Shown here piece by piece: positions 1-8,663 of a stretch of 53,444 bases of DNA (positions are counted from its first letter, which is position 1; each line of letters starts with the position of its first letter). The stretch comes from Chloroflexota bacterium (GTDB lineage Bacteria; Chloroflexota; Anaerolineae; UBA1429), in the NCBI GenBank assembly GCA_036803245.1, contig DAIRUQ010000003.1, positions 1-53,444 on the forward strand. Direction: 5' to 3'. The position numbers and the translations under genes are program-made. The notes beneath the pieces were generated by a model. The model ran no database searches, was not told where the DNA came from, and worked only from the letters and a program-made list of their open reading frames with translations.

Positions 1-515
1 TTATCGGGGCGGTCGTCCACAAAGACCACCTCATCCGCAGCCACGTCGAGCCGCTCCAGCGCGATCTCATAGATGCGGCGATCGGGCTTGGCCACGCCCA
101 CATCTGCCGAGGAGATGATGGTGTGAAAGCGGTCGGCGATGGCATAGCGATCTCGGAGGGCTGTGACCAGCACGTCGGTGGCGTTGGAAAGGATGGCTAC
201 CCGATGACGTTGGCGGACACGATCGACCAGCGCCAGCGTGCGAGGGTCGATCGTCCAACTGTCCCACATGTCTTTCTTGAGGGCGACGACCTGCTGGGGA
301 TCGTGCAGCCCAAGCTCCTCGGCAGCGGCCACCCAATAGTCGTCCTCGCCGATCTCCCCCACCTCGGCCTGGCGCCAGGCCTCGCCGCCATAGAGCCGAG
401 ACGATAGCTCGCCGTGGGCCAGGCCAAGGCGCTGCTCCCAGCTGTGGTAGCGGGACATGTCTGGATTGCCGAGCAGAACACCACCGCAGTCGAAGACAAA
501 GGCTTTGATCGGCAT
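1..515 (-). CDS. HAD-superfamily hydrolase (3' end cut by window edge)
   Basis: Not in the ORF track because it runs off the edge. Reverse-strand translation from the ATG at 513-515 reads MPIKAFVFDCGGVLLGN...VAILSNAT...VGVAKPDRRIYE...VVFVDDRPD. These are HAD motifs I (DxGGVL), II (SN) and III/IV (K...DD). Confidence 0.75.
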   Translation of the reverse strand, partial: MPIKAFVFDCGGVLLGNPDMSRYHSWEQRLGLAHGELSSRLYGGEAWRQAEVGEIGEDDYWVAAAEELGLHDPQQVVALKKDMWDSWTIDPRTLALVDRVRQRHRVAILSNATDVLVTALRDRYAIADRFHTIISSADVGVAKPDRRIYEIALERLDVAADEVVFVDDRPD

Positions 516-724
516 AGCTCTCTCATCAGCGGCCACAAGTGGCCATGGTGCCATAGAAACGACGCCGCAGGACAAGCCCGGGCGCCGCATAGCTGACCTG
601 TTCCGTGGGAGGTGCGCTGACGCCAGCGGGCCCTGAACCATGTAGCGGGCCATTGCCGTCTGCGAACGTTGGCGATTATAGGGGCGGCTAACACGTCTGT
701 CAAAGGGCCTTGGTGGCCTGGCAC

Positions 725-753
725 TTGGCAAGCATCTTACCAGCCACTATAAT
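725..753 (+). promoter_or_regulatory. sigma70-like promoter upstream of greA (TTGGCA-17 nt-TATAAT)
   Basis: TTGGCA at 725-730, 17-nt spacer, TATAAT at 748-753, about 90 nt upstream of the greA ATG. Confidence 0.5.
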
Positions 754-844
754 AGATCGGATATGAGGGCAGATCTGACAGTGGGCGCCTCTGGGCGCTC
801 TTCTTTGTATGTGCGATCGGCACGGATGTGAGGGTATCGGGCAG

Positions 845-1321
845 ATGGAACAAAAGCCAAGCTATATCACCCCGGAGGGGCTGCAGCGCTTGCAGGATGA
901 GCTGCGCAAGCTGCGCCAGGAAAAGCGAGCCGATGTGGCGCAACAACTCCGCGTGGCCATCGAGGCTGGCGACCTAAGCGAGAATGCTGGCTATGAGGAA
1001 GCCAAGCGTGAGCAGGCCTTTGTGGAGGGCCGTATCCTCGAGATCGAGCGGATTCTCGCGAACGCCGAGATCGTCAACGAGGGCGACGGCCGCGGAACGG
1101 CCACGGTTCATGTGGGCTCGCGGGTCACGATCGAGGAGGACGGCTATGAGCCTGAGACCTATCGCATCGTGGGAAGCGCCGAGGCGGCTCCGCTCGACGG
1201 CCTGATCTCGAACGAGTCTCCGGTGGGCCGAGCCCTTCTGGGCAAAGCTATCGGCGACGAGGTCGAGGTCAAGACGCCTGTTGGCGGCTCACGTCATCTG
1301 ACCATTGTCGAGATCGCCTAG
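845..1321 (+). CDS. greA: transcription elongation factor GreA
   Basis: From the internal ATG at 845: MEQKPSYITPEGLQRLQDELRKLRQEKRADVAQQLRVAIEAGDLSENAGYEEAKREQAF... This is the GreA coiled-coil with the DLSEN acidic tip, followed by the C-terminal globular domain. The ORF-track start at 809 looks like an over-extension. Confidence 0.95.
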   Translation: MEQKPSYITPEGLQRLQDELRKLRQEKRADVAQQLRVAIEAGDLSENAGYEEAKREQAFVEGRILEIERILANAEIVNEGDGRGTATVHVGSRVTIEEDGYEPETYRIVGSAEAAPLDGLISNESPVGRALLGKAIGDEVEVKTPVGGSRHLTIVEIA

Positions 1322-1336
1322 GCGGGGGCGCAGAGC

Positions 1337-2806
1337 ATGACCGACCAAGACCATCGTTCGCAAAGGATTGCCAAGATCGAGCAGCTTCGGGAGCAGGGGC
1401 TCGACCCATTCCCGGCGCGTGTCGGCTATACCCATACGGCTGCCGAGGCCGTTGCGGCCTTTGAGAGCGCCGAGGGTGACGACACCATCGAGACGCAGGT
1501 GGTGGGACGTCTAGTCTCCCAGCGCGTGATGGGTCGTTCGTCTTTTGCGCATCTGGCCGATGGCAGCGGCCGGATCCAGATCTATGTGCGGCAGGACGAG
1601 GTGGGCGAAGAGCTGTATGAGCTGTTCCGCCGCACGGTGGATGTGGGCGATTTCCTGCAGGCCAGCGGGCATCTGTTCCGCACGCGTACGGGCGAAGTGT
1701 CGGTGCACGTGACGGCTCTCCAACTGATCGCCAAGGCCATTCGGCCCATGCCCGAAAAGTGGCACGGTCTGCGCGATGTCGAGACTCGCTACCGACAACG
1801 CTACCTGGACCTGATGGCCAACGAAGAAGTGCGCGGCATCTTTGTGGCTCGCAGCCGAATGATCACGGCCATCCGCCGCTTTCTGGACGAGCGCGGCTTT
1901 CTCGAGGTCGAGACGCCTATTCTGCAGCCTATCTATGGTGGGGCTGCGGCGCGTCCTTTTGTCACGCACCACAACGCCCTCGATCAAACGCTGTACCTCC
2001 GTATTGCAGACGAGCTCTATCTCAAGCGGTTGATCGTCGGTGGGCTGGATCGAGTCTACGAGATCGGCCACAACTTTCGAAACGAAGGCATCTCTACCAA
2101 GCACAACCCCGAGTTCACCGCCATCGAGCTCTACCAGGCGTATGCTGACTATCACGACATGATGGACCTGGTGGAGAATCTCTACAGCGAGGTGGCCCGT
2201 GAGGTCGTGGGCCGCACCACGGTGACCTACCAGGGACAAGAGATCGAGCTGGCCCCGCCCTGGCGTCGCGTCACCATGCGGGATGTCATCATGGAAGCGA
2301 CGGGGCTGGATATCGGCGCCCTGTCTACGCTCCAGCCACTGTGGGATGCCGTGCAGGCACGAGGCCTTGAGGTGCCGCCGCAACCCTCCTGGGGCAAGCT
2401 GGTGGACGCGCTCTTTGGCGAGTTTGCCGAGCCCACACTCATCCAGCCCACCTTTGTGATGGACTATCCGCGCGAGATCTCGCCCTTGGCCAAGAACAAG
2501 CCTGGCGATCCCGATTGGGTCGAGCGCTTTGAGTTCTTTATCGCGGGGATGGAATCGGGCAACGCCTTTTCAGAGCTGAACGATCCGCTCGAGCAGCGCG
2601 CGCGCTTTGTCGAGCAGGGTCGCGCCAGCGAGGCGGGTGACGACGAGGCCCATCCCATGGATGAGGACTTTATCACGGCGCTGGAGCACGGGATGCCGCC
2701 CACGGGTGGGCTGGGGTTCGGCATCGATCGGATGGCCATGTTACTGACCGATCAGACCTCGATTCGCGAGGTCATCCTCTTCCCGCAGCTACGCAGCCAA
2801 GAGTAG
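1337..2806 (+). CDS. lysS: lysine--tRNA ligase (class II)
   Basis: 489 aa. Contains an OB-fold anticodon-binding N-domain and class II motifs (GGLDRVYEIGHNFRNEG; PPTGGLGFGIDRMAMLLT). Confidence 0.97.
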   Translation: MTDQDHRSQRIAKIEQLREQGLDPFPARVGYTHTAAEAVAAFESAEGDDTIETQVVGRLVSQRVMGRSSFAHLADGSGRIQIYVRQDEVGEELYELFRRTVDVGDFLQASGHLFRTRTGEVSVHVTALQLIAKAIRPMPEKWHGLRDVETRYRQRYLDLMANEEVRGIFVARSRMITAIRRFLDERGFLEVETPILQPIYGGAAARPFVTHHNALDQTLYLRIADELYLKRLIVGGLDRVYEIGHNFRNEGISTKHNPEFTAIELYQAYADYHDMMDLVENLYSEVAREVVGRTTVTYQGQEIELAPPWRRVTMRDVIMEATGLDIGALSTLQPLWDAVQARGLEVPPQPSWGKLVDALFGEFAEPTLIQPTFVMDYPREISPLAKNKPGDPDWVERFEFFIAGMESGNAFSELNDPLEQRARFVEQGRASEAGDDEAHPMDEDFITALEHGMPPTGGLGFGIDRMAMLLTDQTSIREVILFPQLRSQE

Positions 2807-2809
2807 GTG

Positions 2810-2834
2810 GGCCGCTCTGTTGTCGAGAGCGGCC
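2810..2834. terminator. 9-bp GC hairpin between convergent lysS and the uxaA-like gene (no clear U-tract)
   Basis: GGCCGCTCT-gttgtcg-AGAGCGGCC, read directly. Confidence 0.3.
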
Positions 2835-2945
2835 ACACGCTTCCGAGCGCCGCCTTGGTAATCTCCAGGTATGTGGCATGTGCGCCAGGTTCCGGACGGC
2901 CCTTCGGCAGATCAGATTCTGCAGGAGCGGACCTGCATCGTCTAG

Positions 2946-4112
2946 CTAGTACAGCGGGCCTTTGCGTAGCATCATGAACTCTTGATGCCCCGTGCGCTCA
3001 GCTGCGGTTTCTTGGCCACTGGCTGTGGCCAAGACTAGCTCCCAGATGCGTTCGCCCATCTCTGTCACCGTGGCTTTGCCCTCTACCACCTCGCCGGCGT
3101 TGACGTCCATATCCTCGGACATCCGCGCATAGGTGGCCGGGTTACCGGTCACCTTGAGGACGGGGGCGATGGCGTTGCCCATGGGGTTGCCGCGGCCCGT
3201 GGTGAACACGATCACCTGGCAGCCGGCGGCCGCCAGCCCAGTCACCGACGCCAGATCGTTGCCGGGGGTATCCATGAACGACAACCCTGGCTGGCGCGGA
3301 GGCTGACCGTAGGTGAGGACGTCCACCACCGGTGTGCTGCCGCCCTTGAGCACGTCGCCCAGCGCTTTTTCCTCGACGGTAGTGATGCCGCCGCGGATAT
3401 TACCCGGGCTGGGCTGTTTGCCGGTCATATCCTCGCCGGTGGCCTTGAGCTCGCGCTCGCAGGCCTTGACCACCCGCTCGATCTGCGAGGCGAGGTCTGG
3501 CGTTGCGGCGCGGTCCATCAGGATGTGTTCCGCTCCCAGCAACTCGCTGGTCTCGGGAAGAATGGCGCGGCCGCCCTCGGCCACTAGGAGATCGGCCATG
3601 ACGCCCAGCGAGGGATTGGCCGCCAGCCCCGAAGTCGCGTCGGAGCCGCCGCACTCCAGCCCCACCGTCAAACTGGATGCGGGGCAAGACGTGCGTTGAT
3701 AGTCGGCGACGTTCTCAACGAATCCGCGCACGATCTCTACGCCGCGGTCGATGGTCTTGCGCGTGCCGCCCATCTCCTGGATGACAAGCAGCTCGGTGGG
3801 CGCCCAGCCCTCGGCGATGCGAGCGGAGAGATCGCGGGCGTCAAGGCCCTCGCAGCCCAGGCTAACGACCAGCGACGCGATCACGTTGGGGTGTCTCCCC
3901 ATCTGTGCCAGGAGATGGGTGGCCACGTTGAGGTCGGCGGCGGTCTCGCCGCAGCCGCCGCTATAGTCGACGACGGCGGCGCCAGGCACGGCTGCCGCGA
4001 TCATGCGAGCCACATGCTGTGCGCAGCCGCACGATGGGATCACCGCCACGATATTGCGTACACCAACCGAACCATCGGGACGCAGATAGCCGTCAAAGGT
4101 TGTGTTGCTCAT
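2946..4112 (-). CDS. UxaA-family (altronate/galactarate) dehydratase, large C-terminal-domain subunit
   Basis: 388 aa: DGYLRPDGSVGVRNIVAVIPSCGCAQHVA...GGCGE..., typical of the GD_AH_C domain. 4-nt overlap with the upstream SAF-domain ORF. Confidence 0.85.
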   Translation of the reverse strand: MSNTTFDGYLRPDGSVGVRNIVAVIPSCGCAQHVARMIAAAVPGAAVVDYSGGCGETAADLNVATHLLAQMGRHPNVIASLVVSLGCEGLDARDLSARIAEGWAPTELLVIQEMGGTRKTIDRGVEIVRGFVENVADYQRTSCPASSLTVGLECGGSDATSGLAANPSLGVMADLLVAEGGRAILPETSELLGAEHILMDRAATPDLASQIERVVKACERELKATGEDMTGKQPSPGNIRGGITTVEEKALGDVLKGGSTPVVDVLTYGQPPRQPGLSFMDTPGNDLASVTGLAAAGCQVIVFTTGRGNPMGNAIAPVLKVTGNPATYARMSEDMDVNAGEVVEGKATVTEMGERIWELVLATASGQETAAERTGHQEFMMLRKGPLY

Positions 4113-4390
4113 CGTGAGGCGTCTCCCCGTACGCTAGCCAGATTCTGGGTATGGACGTGTTCTCCCGGCGAGATGTCGGCCACGGCGACGCCGATGGAGG
4201 CGCCGTACTTGATGACGTGCTCTCCGCAGGCGATGGCCCGGATGGCCACCTTGTGGCCAAAGGCGATGGGCTGACGGACGCTGACCTTGGGCAAGAGCCC
4301 ATCAGCGCAGAGCTGTTCACCCTCGGCAAGATCGCGGATCGCGGTGACGACGGAGTCGTCCGGATGCAGGCGGAGCACATTCGGGAGCAT
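4109..4390 (-). CDS. UxaA-family dehydratase small subunit (SAF domain)
   Basis: MLPNVLRLHPDDSVVTAIRDLAEGEQL... from the ATG at 4388-4390, with AAGGAAGGAA upstream. The ORF-track start at 4453 is probably over-extended. Confidence 0.75.
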   Translation of the reverse strand: MLPNVLRLHPDDSVVTAIRDLAEGEQLCADGLLPKVSVRQPIAFGHKVAIRAIACGEHVIKYGASIGVAVADISPGEHVHTQNLASVRGDASR

Positions 4391-4485
4391 GGCCGGTTCC
4401 TTCCTTGAGGTTACGCTGAGGCTAGTTGTACCATGAGCCCACTCGCTGGTCAACGCAGGTTGACGGCCGCTACCAGGGGCCGATT

Positions 4486-4515
4486 TTGACAGGAATGCCT
4501 GGCAAAAGGTACCAT
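4486..4515 (+). promoter_or_regulatory. promoter for rnpB (TTGACA-18 nt-TACCAT)
   Basis: TTGACA at 4486-4491 and TACCAT at 4510-4515. The -10 ends 5 nt before the first P1 nucleotide at 4521. Confidence 0.55.
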
Positions 4516-4520
4516 GCTAT

Positions 4521-4893
4521 GGGAGAGAGGGCCGGGCGATCGCGTGGCGCCATTGGCGCCCCGAGGAAAGTCCGAACTCCATAGAGCACGGCGCTGGGTA
4601 ACGCCCAGGCGGAGCGATCCGGCGGAAAAGTGCAACAGAAAGCAGGTCGCCGGCCAAGCCGGCAAGAGTGAAACGGTGGCGTAAGAGGCCACCAGCGGGC
4701 CAGGTGACTGGCTCGGCTAGGCAAACCCCGCCGGGAGCAAGACCAAGCAAGAGGCCGGTCCCTTCGGGGGCCACGGGCTGCTCGCCTGAGCCTCGGGTAG
4801 GTCGCTGGAGGCGTCGAGCAATCGGCGTCCTAGATAGATGATCGCCGCCCCGGGCTCCGGGGCACAGAATTCGGCTTATAGGCCCTCTCTCCC
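4521..4893 (+). ncRNA. rnpB: RNase P RNA, bacterial type A
   Basis: P1 pairing GGGAGAGAGGGCC (4521-) with GGCCCTCTCTCCC (-4893). Conserved blocks read directly: GAGGAAAGTCCG, GGGTAACGCCCAGG, CAACAGAAAGC, GTGAAACGGTGGCGTAAGAG, GGCAAACCCC, CTAGATAGATGATCGCC, ACAGAATTCGGCTTATA. Confidence 0.92.
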
Positions 4894-4960
4894 TTTTGGG
4901 CGGCTGCCGATGTGAACACTGTGGCGGGTTGGATGCCCTCTGTCTGCCTGCTCCAGAGGT

Positions 4961-4989
4961 TTGACACTCGTTGCCAGCCATGGTACACT
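4961..4989 (+). promoter_or_regulatory. promoter for infC-rpmI-rplT (TTGACA-17 nt-TACACT)
   Basis: TTGACA at 4961-4966, 17-nt spacer, TACACT at 4984-4989. Confidence 0.5.
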
Positions 4990-5067
4990 CTATGTCCGTA
5001 ATCCTTACTCTGCGGGGCGAGGAATGCTGCCTTGCCGGCGCGCCAGGAGAATTGCCGAGGAAGAAAC

Positions 5068-5583
5068 ATCAGTAGCAGAGAACACCGCATCAACAACGAG
5101 ATCCGCGTCCGAGAGGTCCGACTGATCGACGAGACCGGAAAGCAGCTCGGGATCTTTCCAACCCGCGAGGCCTTGCGCATTGCCGAGGAGCGAGGGTACG
5201 ACCTGGTTGAGATGGCCCCCCAGGCCGAACCACCAGTGTGTCGCCTCGCGGACTATGGCAAGTTCATCTACGAGCGGAACAAGCGCCAACGTGAGGCCCG
5301 CAAGGCTCAGAAGCAGGTCGACGTCAAAGAGATTCGCTTCCGGCCCAAGACGGCGGACCACGATCTGAACACCAAGATCAATCAGGCGCGCAAGTTCCTG
5401 AACGAGGGTGCGACGGTGCGGATTCGGGTGCGGTTCCGCGGGCGCGAGATCACCCACAAGGAGATCGCGGTCGAGCAGCTCACCTATGTGGCTCAGCAGC
5501 TACAGGATGTGGCCTCGGTGGACAAGACGCCGGCGATGGAAGGAAGAACGATGCTCATGGTGCTGACACCGGTGAGCAAGTAA
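5068..5583 (+). CDS. infC: translation initiation factor IF-3
   Basis: ...ISSREHRINNEIRVREVRLIDETGKQLGIFPTREALRIAEERGYDLVEMAPQAEPPVCRLADYGKF... The start is uncertain. The ORF track uses TTG at 5032. An in-frame ATC at 5068, preceded by GAGG plus a 7-nt spacer, gives an N-terminus the same length as Bacillus IF-3. Confidence 0.9.
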   Translation: MSSREHRINNEIRVREVRLIDETGKQLGIFPTREALRIAEERGYDLVEMAPQAEPPVCRLADYGKFIYERNKRQREARKAQKQVDVKEIRFRPKTADHDLNTKINQARKFLNEGATVRIRVRFRGREITHKEIAVEQLTYVAQQLQDVASVDKTPAMEGRTMLMVLTPVSK

Positions 5584-5604
5584 TACCAGTATCGGAGGAC
5601 CAGA

Positions 5605-5817
5605 GTGCCCAAGATCAAAACGCACAAGGCCACGGCCAAGCGCTTCAAGGTAACGGGTGGCGGCAAGGTCATGCGCACCAAGGCTGAGAAGCGCCACCTT
5701 CGGCGCAAGCGCTCCAAGCGCTCCTTGCGGGCTTCGTGGCAGATGGAAGAGGTCTCGACGGCTGCCGAGCGGCAGCGCGTTGAGCGTCTGGCGCCCTACC
5801 TGAAAAAGGCCGACTAA
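5605..5817 (+). CDS. rpmI: 50S ribosomal protein L35
   Basis: [32 protein letters not shown]..., GTG start. Confidence 0.95.
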   Translation: MPKIKTHKATAKRFKVTGGGKVMRTKAEKRHLRRKRSKRSLRASWQMEEVSTAAERQRVERLAPYLKKAD

Positions 5818-5862
5818 CCCTGCCGTTGTTGCTGCAGGGATTCGTAGAGTGAGGGAAGAATA

Positions 5863-6228
5863 GTGACCAGGGTCAAGCGCGGTCCCGTTGCCCGGGCAAG
5901 GCACAAGAAAGTCATCGCCTCTACCAAGGGGCAACGCGGCACCAAGAGCAAGCTCTTTCGCAGGGCGAACGAGGCCCGTCTCAAGTCGCTCAGCTATGCC
6001 ACTCGCGACCGGCGCAACCGCAAGCGCGATATGCGGCGGCTTTGGATCGTGCGCATCAATGCCGGCGCCCGACAGAATGGTATGAGCTATAGCCGGCTTA
6101 TCAATGGGCTCCGGTTGGCTGGCGTCGATGTGAACCGCAAGATGCTGGCGGATATGGCTGTGCGCGATGCCGCCGGCTTTGCCGCCATCGTTGATGTGGC
6201 ACGGCAGGCGCAGGCCCTCGAGGCCTAG
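5863..6228 (+). CDS. rplT: 50S ribosomal protein L20
   Basis: [38 protein letters not shown]..., GTG start. Confidence 0.97.
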   Translation: MTRVKRGPVARARHKKVIASTKGQRGTKSKLFRRANEARLKSLSYATRDRRNRKRDMRRLWIVRINAGARQNGMSYSRLINGLRLAGVDVNRKMLADMAVRDAAGFAAIVDVARQAQALEA

Positions 6229-6236
6229 CTAGTCCC

Positions 6237-7037
6237 GTGGCGCTGCGGGGAGCTATCTCCAGCGCGCAGAATCGCCATATAGCCCAGGCTCGTGCGCTGG
6301 GCCGCAAGCGGGCACGCGATCGCGATCAGCTCTGTCTTGTCGAAGGGGTACGCCTCATCGAAGCAGCGCTAGACGCGGGAGTGGCGCCCGTTTTTGCTTT
6401 TGTGGAAGAGGATTCTGCCACCGACGATCGCCAGCGGGGCCTGGAGCGGCGCTTGCTTGACGGGAATTGGCCCACGTGGTACGTCTCGGCGGAGGCGATG
6501 CAGGCGCTGGCGAATACCCTCACTCCGCAAGGCGTTGCTTGCGTCGTGCCGATCCCCGAGATGCCGCCTACGCTCCCGCCCGACGCCTCCCTGGTCGTCC
6601 TGCTGGATGGCCTGCGCGATCCCGGCAACCTCGGCACCATCATCCGAACCTGCCATGCCTTGGGGGTGGACGCTCTCTTGCTGACCAAGGATTGTGTGGA
6701 CCCCTGGGCGCCCAAGGTGTTGCGCGCTGGTATGGGCGGGCATTTCGGGCTCAGAATCTACGCCGATCGGCTATGGGAAGAGATCCCGGAGCAGAGCGCT
6801 GGACTGCGCAGGGTCGTGGCCGAGGCCGATGCGACGGCACCGGCATGGCGATATGACTGGACGCAGCCCGTGATGCTGGTGGTGGGCGGAGAGGCTCACG
6901 GTGCCAGCGCGCGAGCCGCCCAGTTGGCAGATGATCGCGTGCGGATCCCGATGGTGCCGGGCGCGGAATCGCTCAATGCGGCCATCGCCTGTGGCATGTT
7001 GCTGTATGAGGCGGTCCGGCAGCGAGGCGAGTTCTAG
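6237..7037 (+). CDS. TrmH/SpoU-family RNA 2'-O-methyltransferase
   Basis: SPOUT motifs LLDGLRDPGNLGTIIRTCHALG, LVVGGEAHGAS and IPMVPGAESLNAAIACGMLLYE. Confidence 0.85.
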   Translation: MALRGAISSAQNRHIAQARALGRKRARDRDQLCLVEGVRLIEAALDAGVAPVFAFVEEDSATDDRQRGLERRLLDGNWPTWYVSAEAMQALANTLTPQGVACVVPIPEMPPTLPPDASLVVLLDGLRDPGNLGTIIRTCHALGVDALLLTKDCVDPWAPKVLRAGMGGHFGLRIYADRLWEEIPEQSAGLRRVVAEADATAPAWRYDWTQPVMLVVGGEAHGASARAAQLADDRVRIPMVPGAESLNAAIACGMLLYEAVRQRGEF

Positions 7038-7051
7038 CTCGCAGCGCGGGG

Positions 7052-7525
7052 CTAGATGACCTCTAGCAGAAAGCGCAACGCGGCGCGGGCCGAGCTTTCC
7101 TTGTTGGCGATCCGGTCTCCTGGCCACTGGTACCGCCGCGAGCTCTCGCCCTCTGGGGTGCTGATGGACACAAACACCGTGCCGACCGGTTTTCCCGACA
7201 CGGCGCCCGTCGGTCCGGCAATGCCCGTGATGGCGACTCCGATGTGGGCCCCCAGGAGGTCTCTGACACCCAGCGCCATGGCGCGGGCAACCGGGGCGCT
7301 CACGGCGCCGTGCTCCTCGATGAGGTCCGAGGGCACGCGCAGCAGGCTCTCTTTGATCGCATTGTCGTAAGCGATCACGCCTCCCAGGTACGAGGCCGAG
7401 CTGCCGGGGACGTTGGTGATCCAGTGGCTGAGGAGGCCGCCGGTACAAGACTCGGCGGTCGCCAGCAGGTATCGTCGTTTCTGGAGGCTCCGGCATAGCT
7501 CTGCGGCCAAGCTGCTCTCTATCAC
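7052..7525 (-). CDS. CinA C-terminal-domain protein / nicotinamide-nucleotide amidohydrolase (PncC-like)
   Basis: LLATAESCTGGLLSHWITNVPGSSASYLGGVIAYDNAIKESLL...GIAGP. Confidence 0.9.
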   Translation of the reverse strand: MIESSLAAELCRSLQKRRYLLATAESCTGGLLSHWITNVPGSSASYLGGVIAYDNAIKESLLRVPSDLIEEHGAVSAPVARAMALGVRDLLGAHIGVAITGIAGPTGAVSGKPVGTVFVSISTPEGESSRRYQWPGDRIANKESSARAALRFLLEVI

Positions 7526-7656
7526 ACAGCCCTCCCGTCGGGCGTCATTCTATGGCCGAACGCAGCCTATTCTAGGCCTGACGGGGACGGATGCGCAAAC
7601 GTTTTGGACGCATGCGGGGCCGTGGTAACATACCTCAAGATTCGTGATGGACTGGG

Positions 7657-8661
7657 GTGAACGCTGTGTGGGATGTAGTTGGGCACGAATGGGCGGTGAC
7701 GCTCTTCCAGCGACAGATAGCCGCTGGGGATGTCTCGCACGCCTATCTGCTGTGTGGGCCCGATGGCATCGGCAAGGAGCACATGGCCATCACACTCGCC
7801 GCCGCCCTGGCCTGCACCGGCGAGGAGCCACCCTGCGGGGAATGCTCCAACTGCCGGCGTGTGCGTGCCGACGAGCATCCTGATCTGCGGATCGTGCGAG
7901 GTTCCAATGGGACCATCAGCATCGACGAGGTGCGGGATCTGCGACGCTTTCTGACCCTCTCGCCATACCAGGCGTCGCGACGCATCGCTCTGCTGATCGG
8001 CTTTGACGGGGCCACCACCGAGGCCTCCAATGCCTTGCTCAAGTCGCTAGAAGAGCCGCCGGCCCGCTCGGTGTTGATTCTTACCGCCGAGTCGCTACAG
8101 GCGCTGCTGCCGACGATCCTATCGCGGTGCCAAGTGTTTCGTCTACGACGCCTGCCGCGAGCCGCCATCGAGGAGGCGCTCCGTGCACAGCACCAGCTGC
8201 CCGTCGATCGTGCAGCCACGCTGGCGCGTTTGGCCGACGGCAACCTCGCCTGGGCGGTGTCCGCCAGCCGCGATGAATCGGTGACGCAGCGTCTCGAGCA
8301 GGATGTGTCTCTGGCGATCGATCTGTGCCGGCACGGCCGAGCCTATCGATTGAGCCAGGCGGAGGAGCTCTCCAAGCGCGATGATCTGCCGCAGCTCCTT
8401 GATACCTGGAGCGGGTGGTGGCGCGATGTCTTGCTCATGGCCGCTGGCCAAGGCGAGATGGTCGCGCATCAAGCGCAGCATGAGGCGCTGCAAGGCTTGG
8501 CGTCCGTCTATGGCGTTGGACAAGCCGTCGAGGCGCTCCGAAGCATCGACGACGCGCTGGATCAGATTGAGCATCATGTGAACCCGAGGTTGGCGCTTGA
8601 AACGATGCTATTGCGCTGGCGTCGCCAGCGTCAGAGTACTGTCAAACAGGAAGGATCATAG
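7657..8661 (+). CDS. holB: DNA polymerase III delta' subunit
   Basis: HAYLLCGPDGIGK, zinc module CGECSNCRR, LSRCQVFRL (SRC motif). Followed by a PSP1 gene, as in the Bacillus holB-yaaT arrangement. Confidence 0.88.
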   Translation: MNAVWDVVGHEWAVTLFQRQIAAGDVSHAYLLCGPDGIGKEHMAITLAAALACTGEEPPCGECSNCRRVRADEHPDLRIVRGSNGTISIDEVRDLRRFLTLSPYQASRRIALLIGFDGATTEASNALLKSLEEPPARSVLILTAESLQALLPTILSRCQVFRLRRLPRAAIEEALRAQHQLPVDRAATLARLADGNLAWAVSASRDESVTQRLEQDVSLAIDLCRHGRAYRLSQAEELSKRDDLPQLLDTWSGWWRDVLLMAAGQGEMVAHQAQHEALQGLASVYGVGQAVEALRSIDDALDQIEHHVNPRLALETMLLRWRRQRQSTVKQEGS

Positions 8662-8663
8662 CC

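Noticed and set aside
197-724. 175-aa minus-strand ORF at the left edge
   Set aside because: It is out of frame with the HAD hydrolase reading (ATG at 513-515), which gives clean HAD motifs. Its translation is Arg/Trp/Pro-rich with no motif.
6771-7496. 241-aa minus-strand ORF overlapping the cinA-like gene
   Set aside because: It is in a different frame from the 7052-7525 ORF, which carries the CinA/PncC motifs. Its composition is Arg/Pro/Gly-rich.
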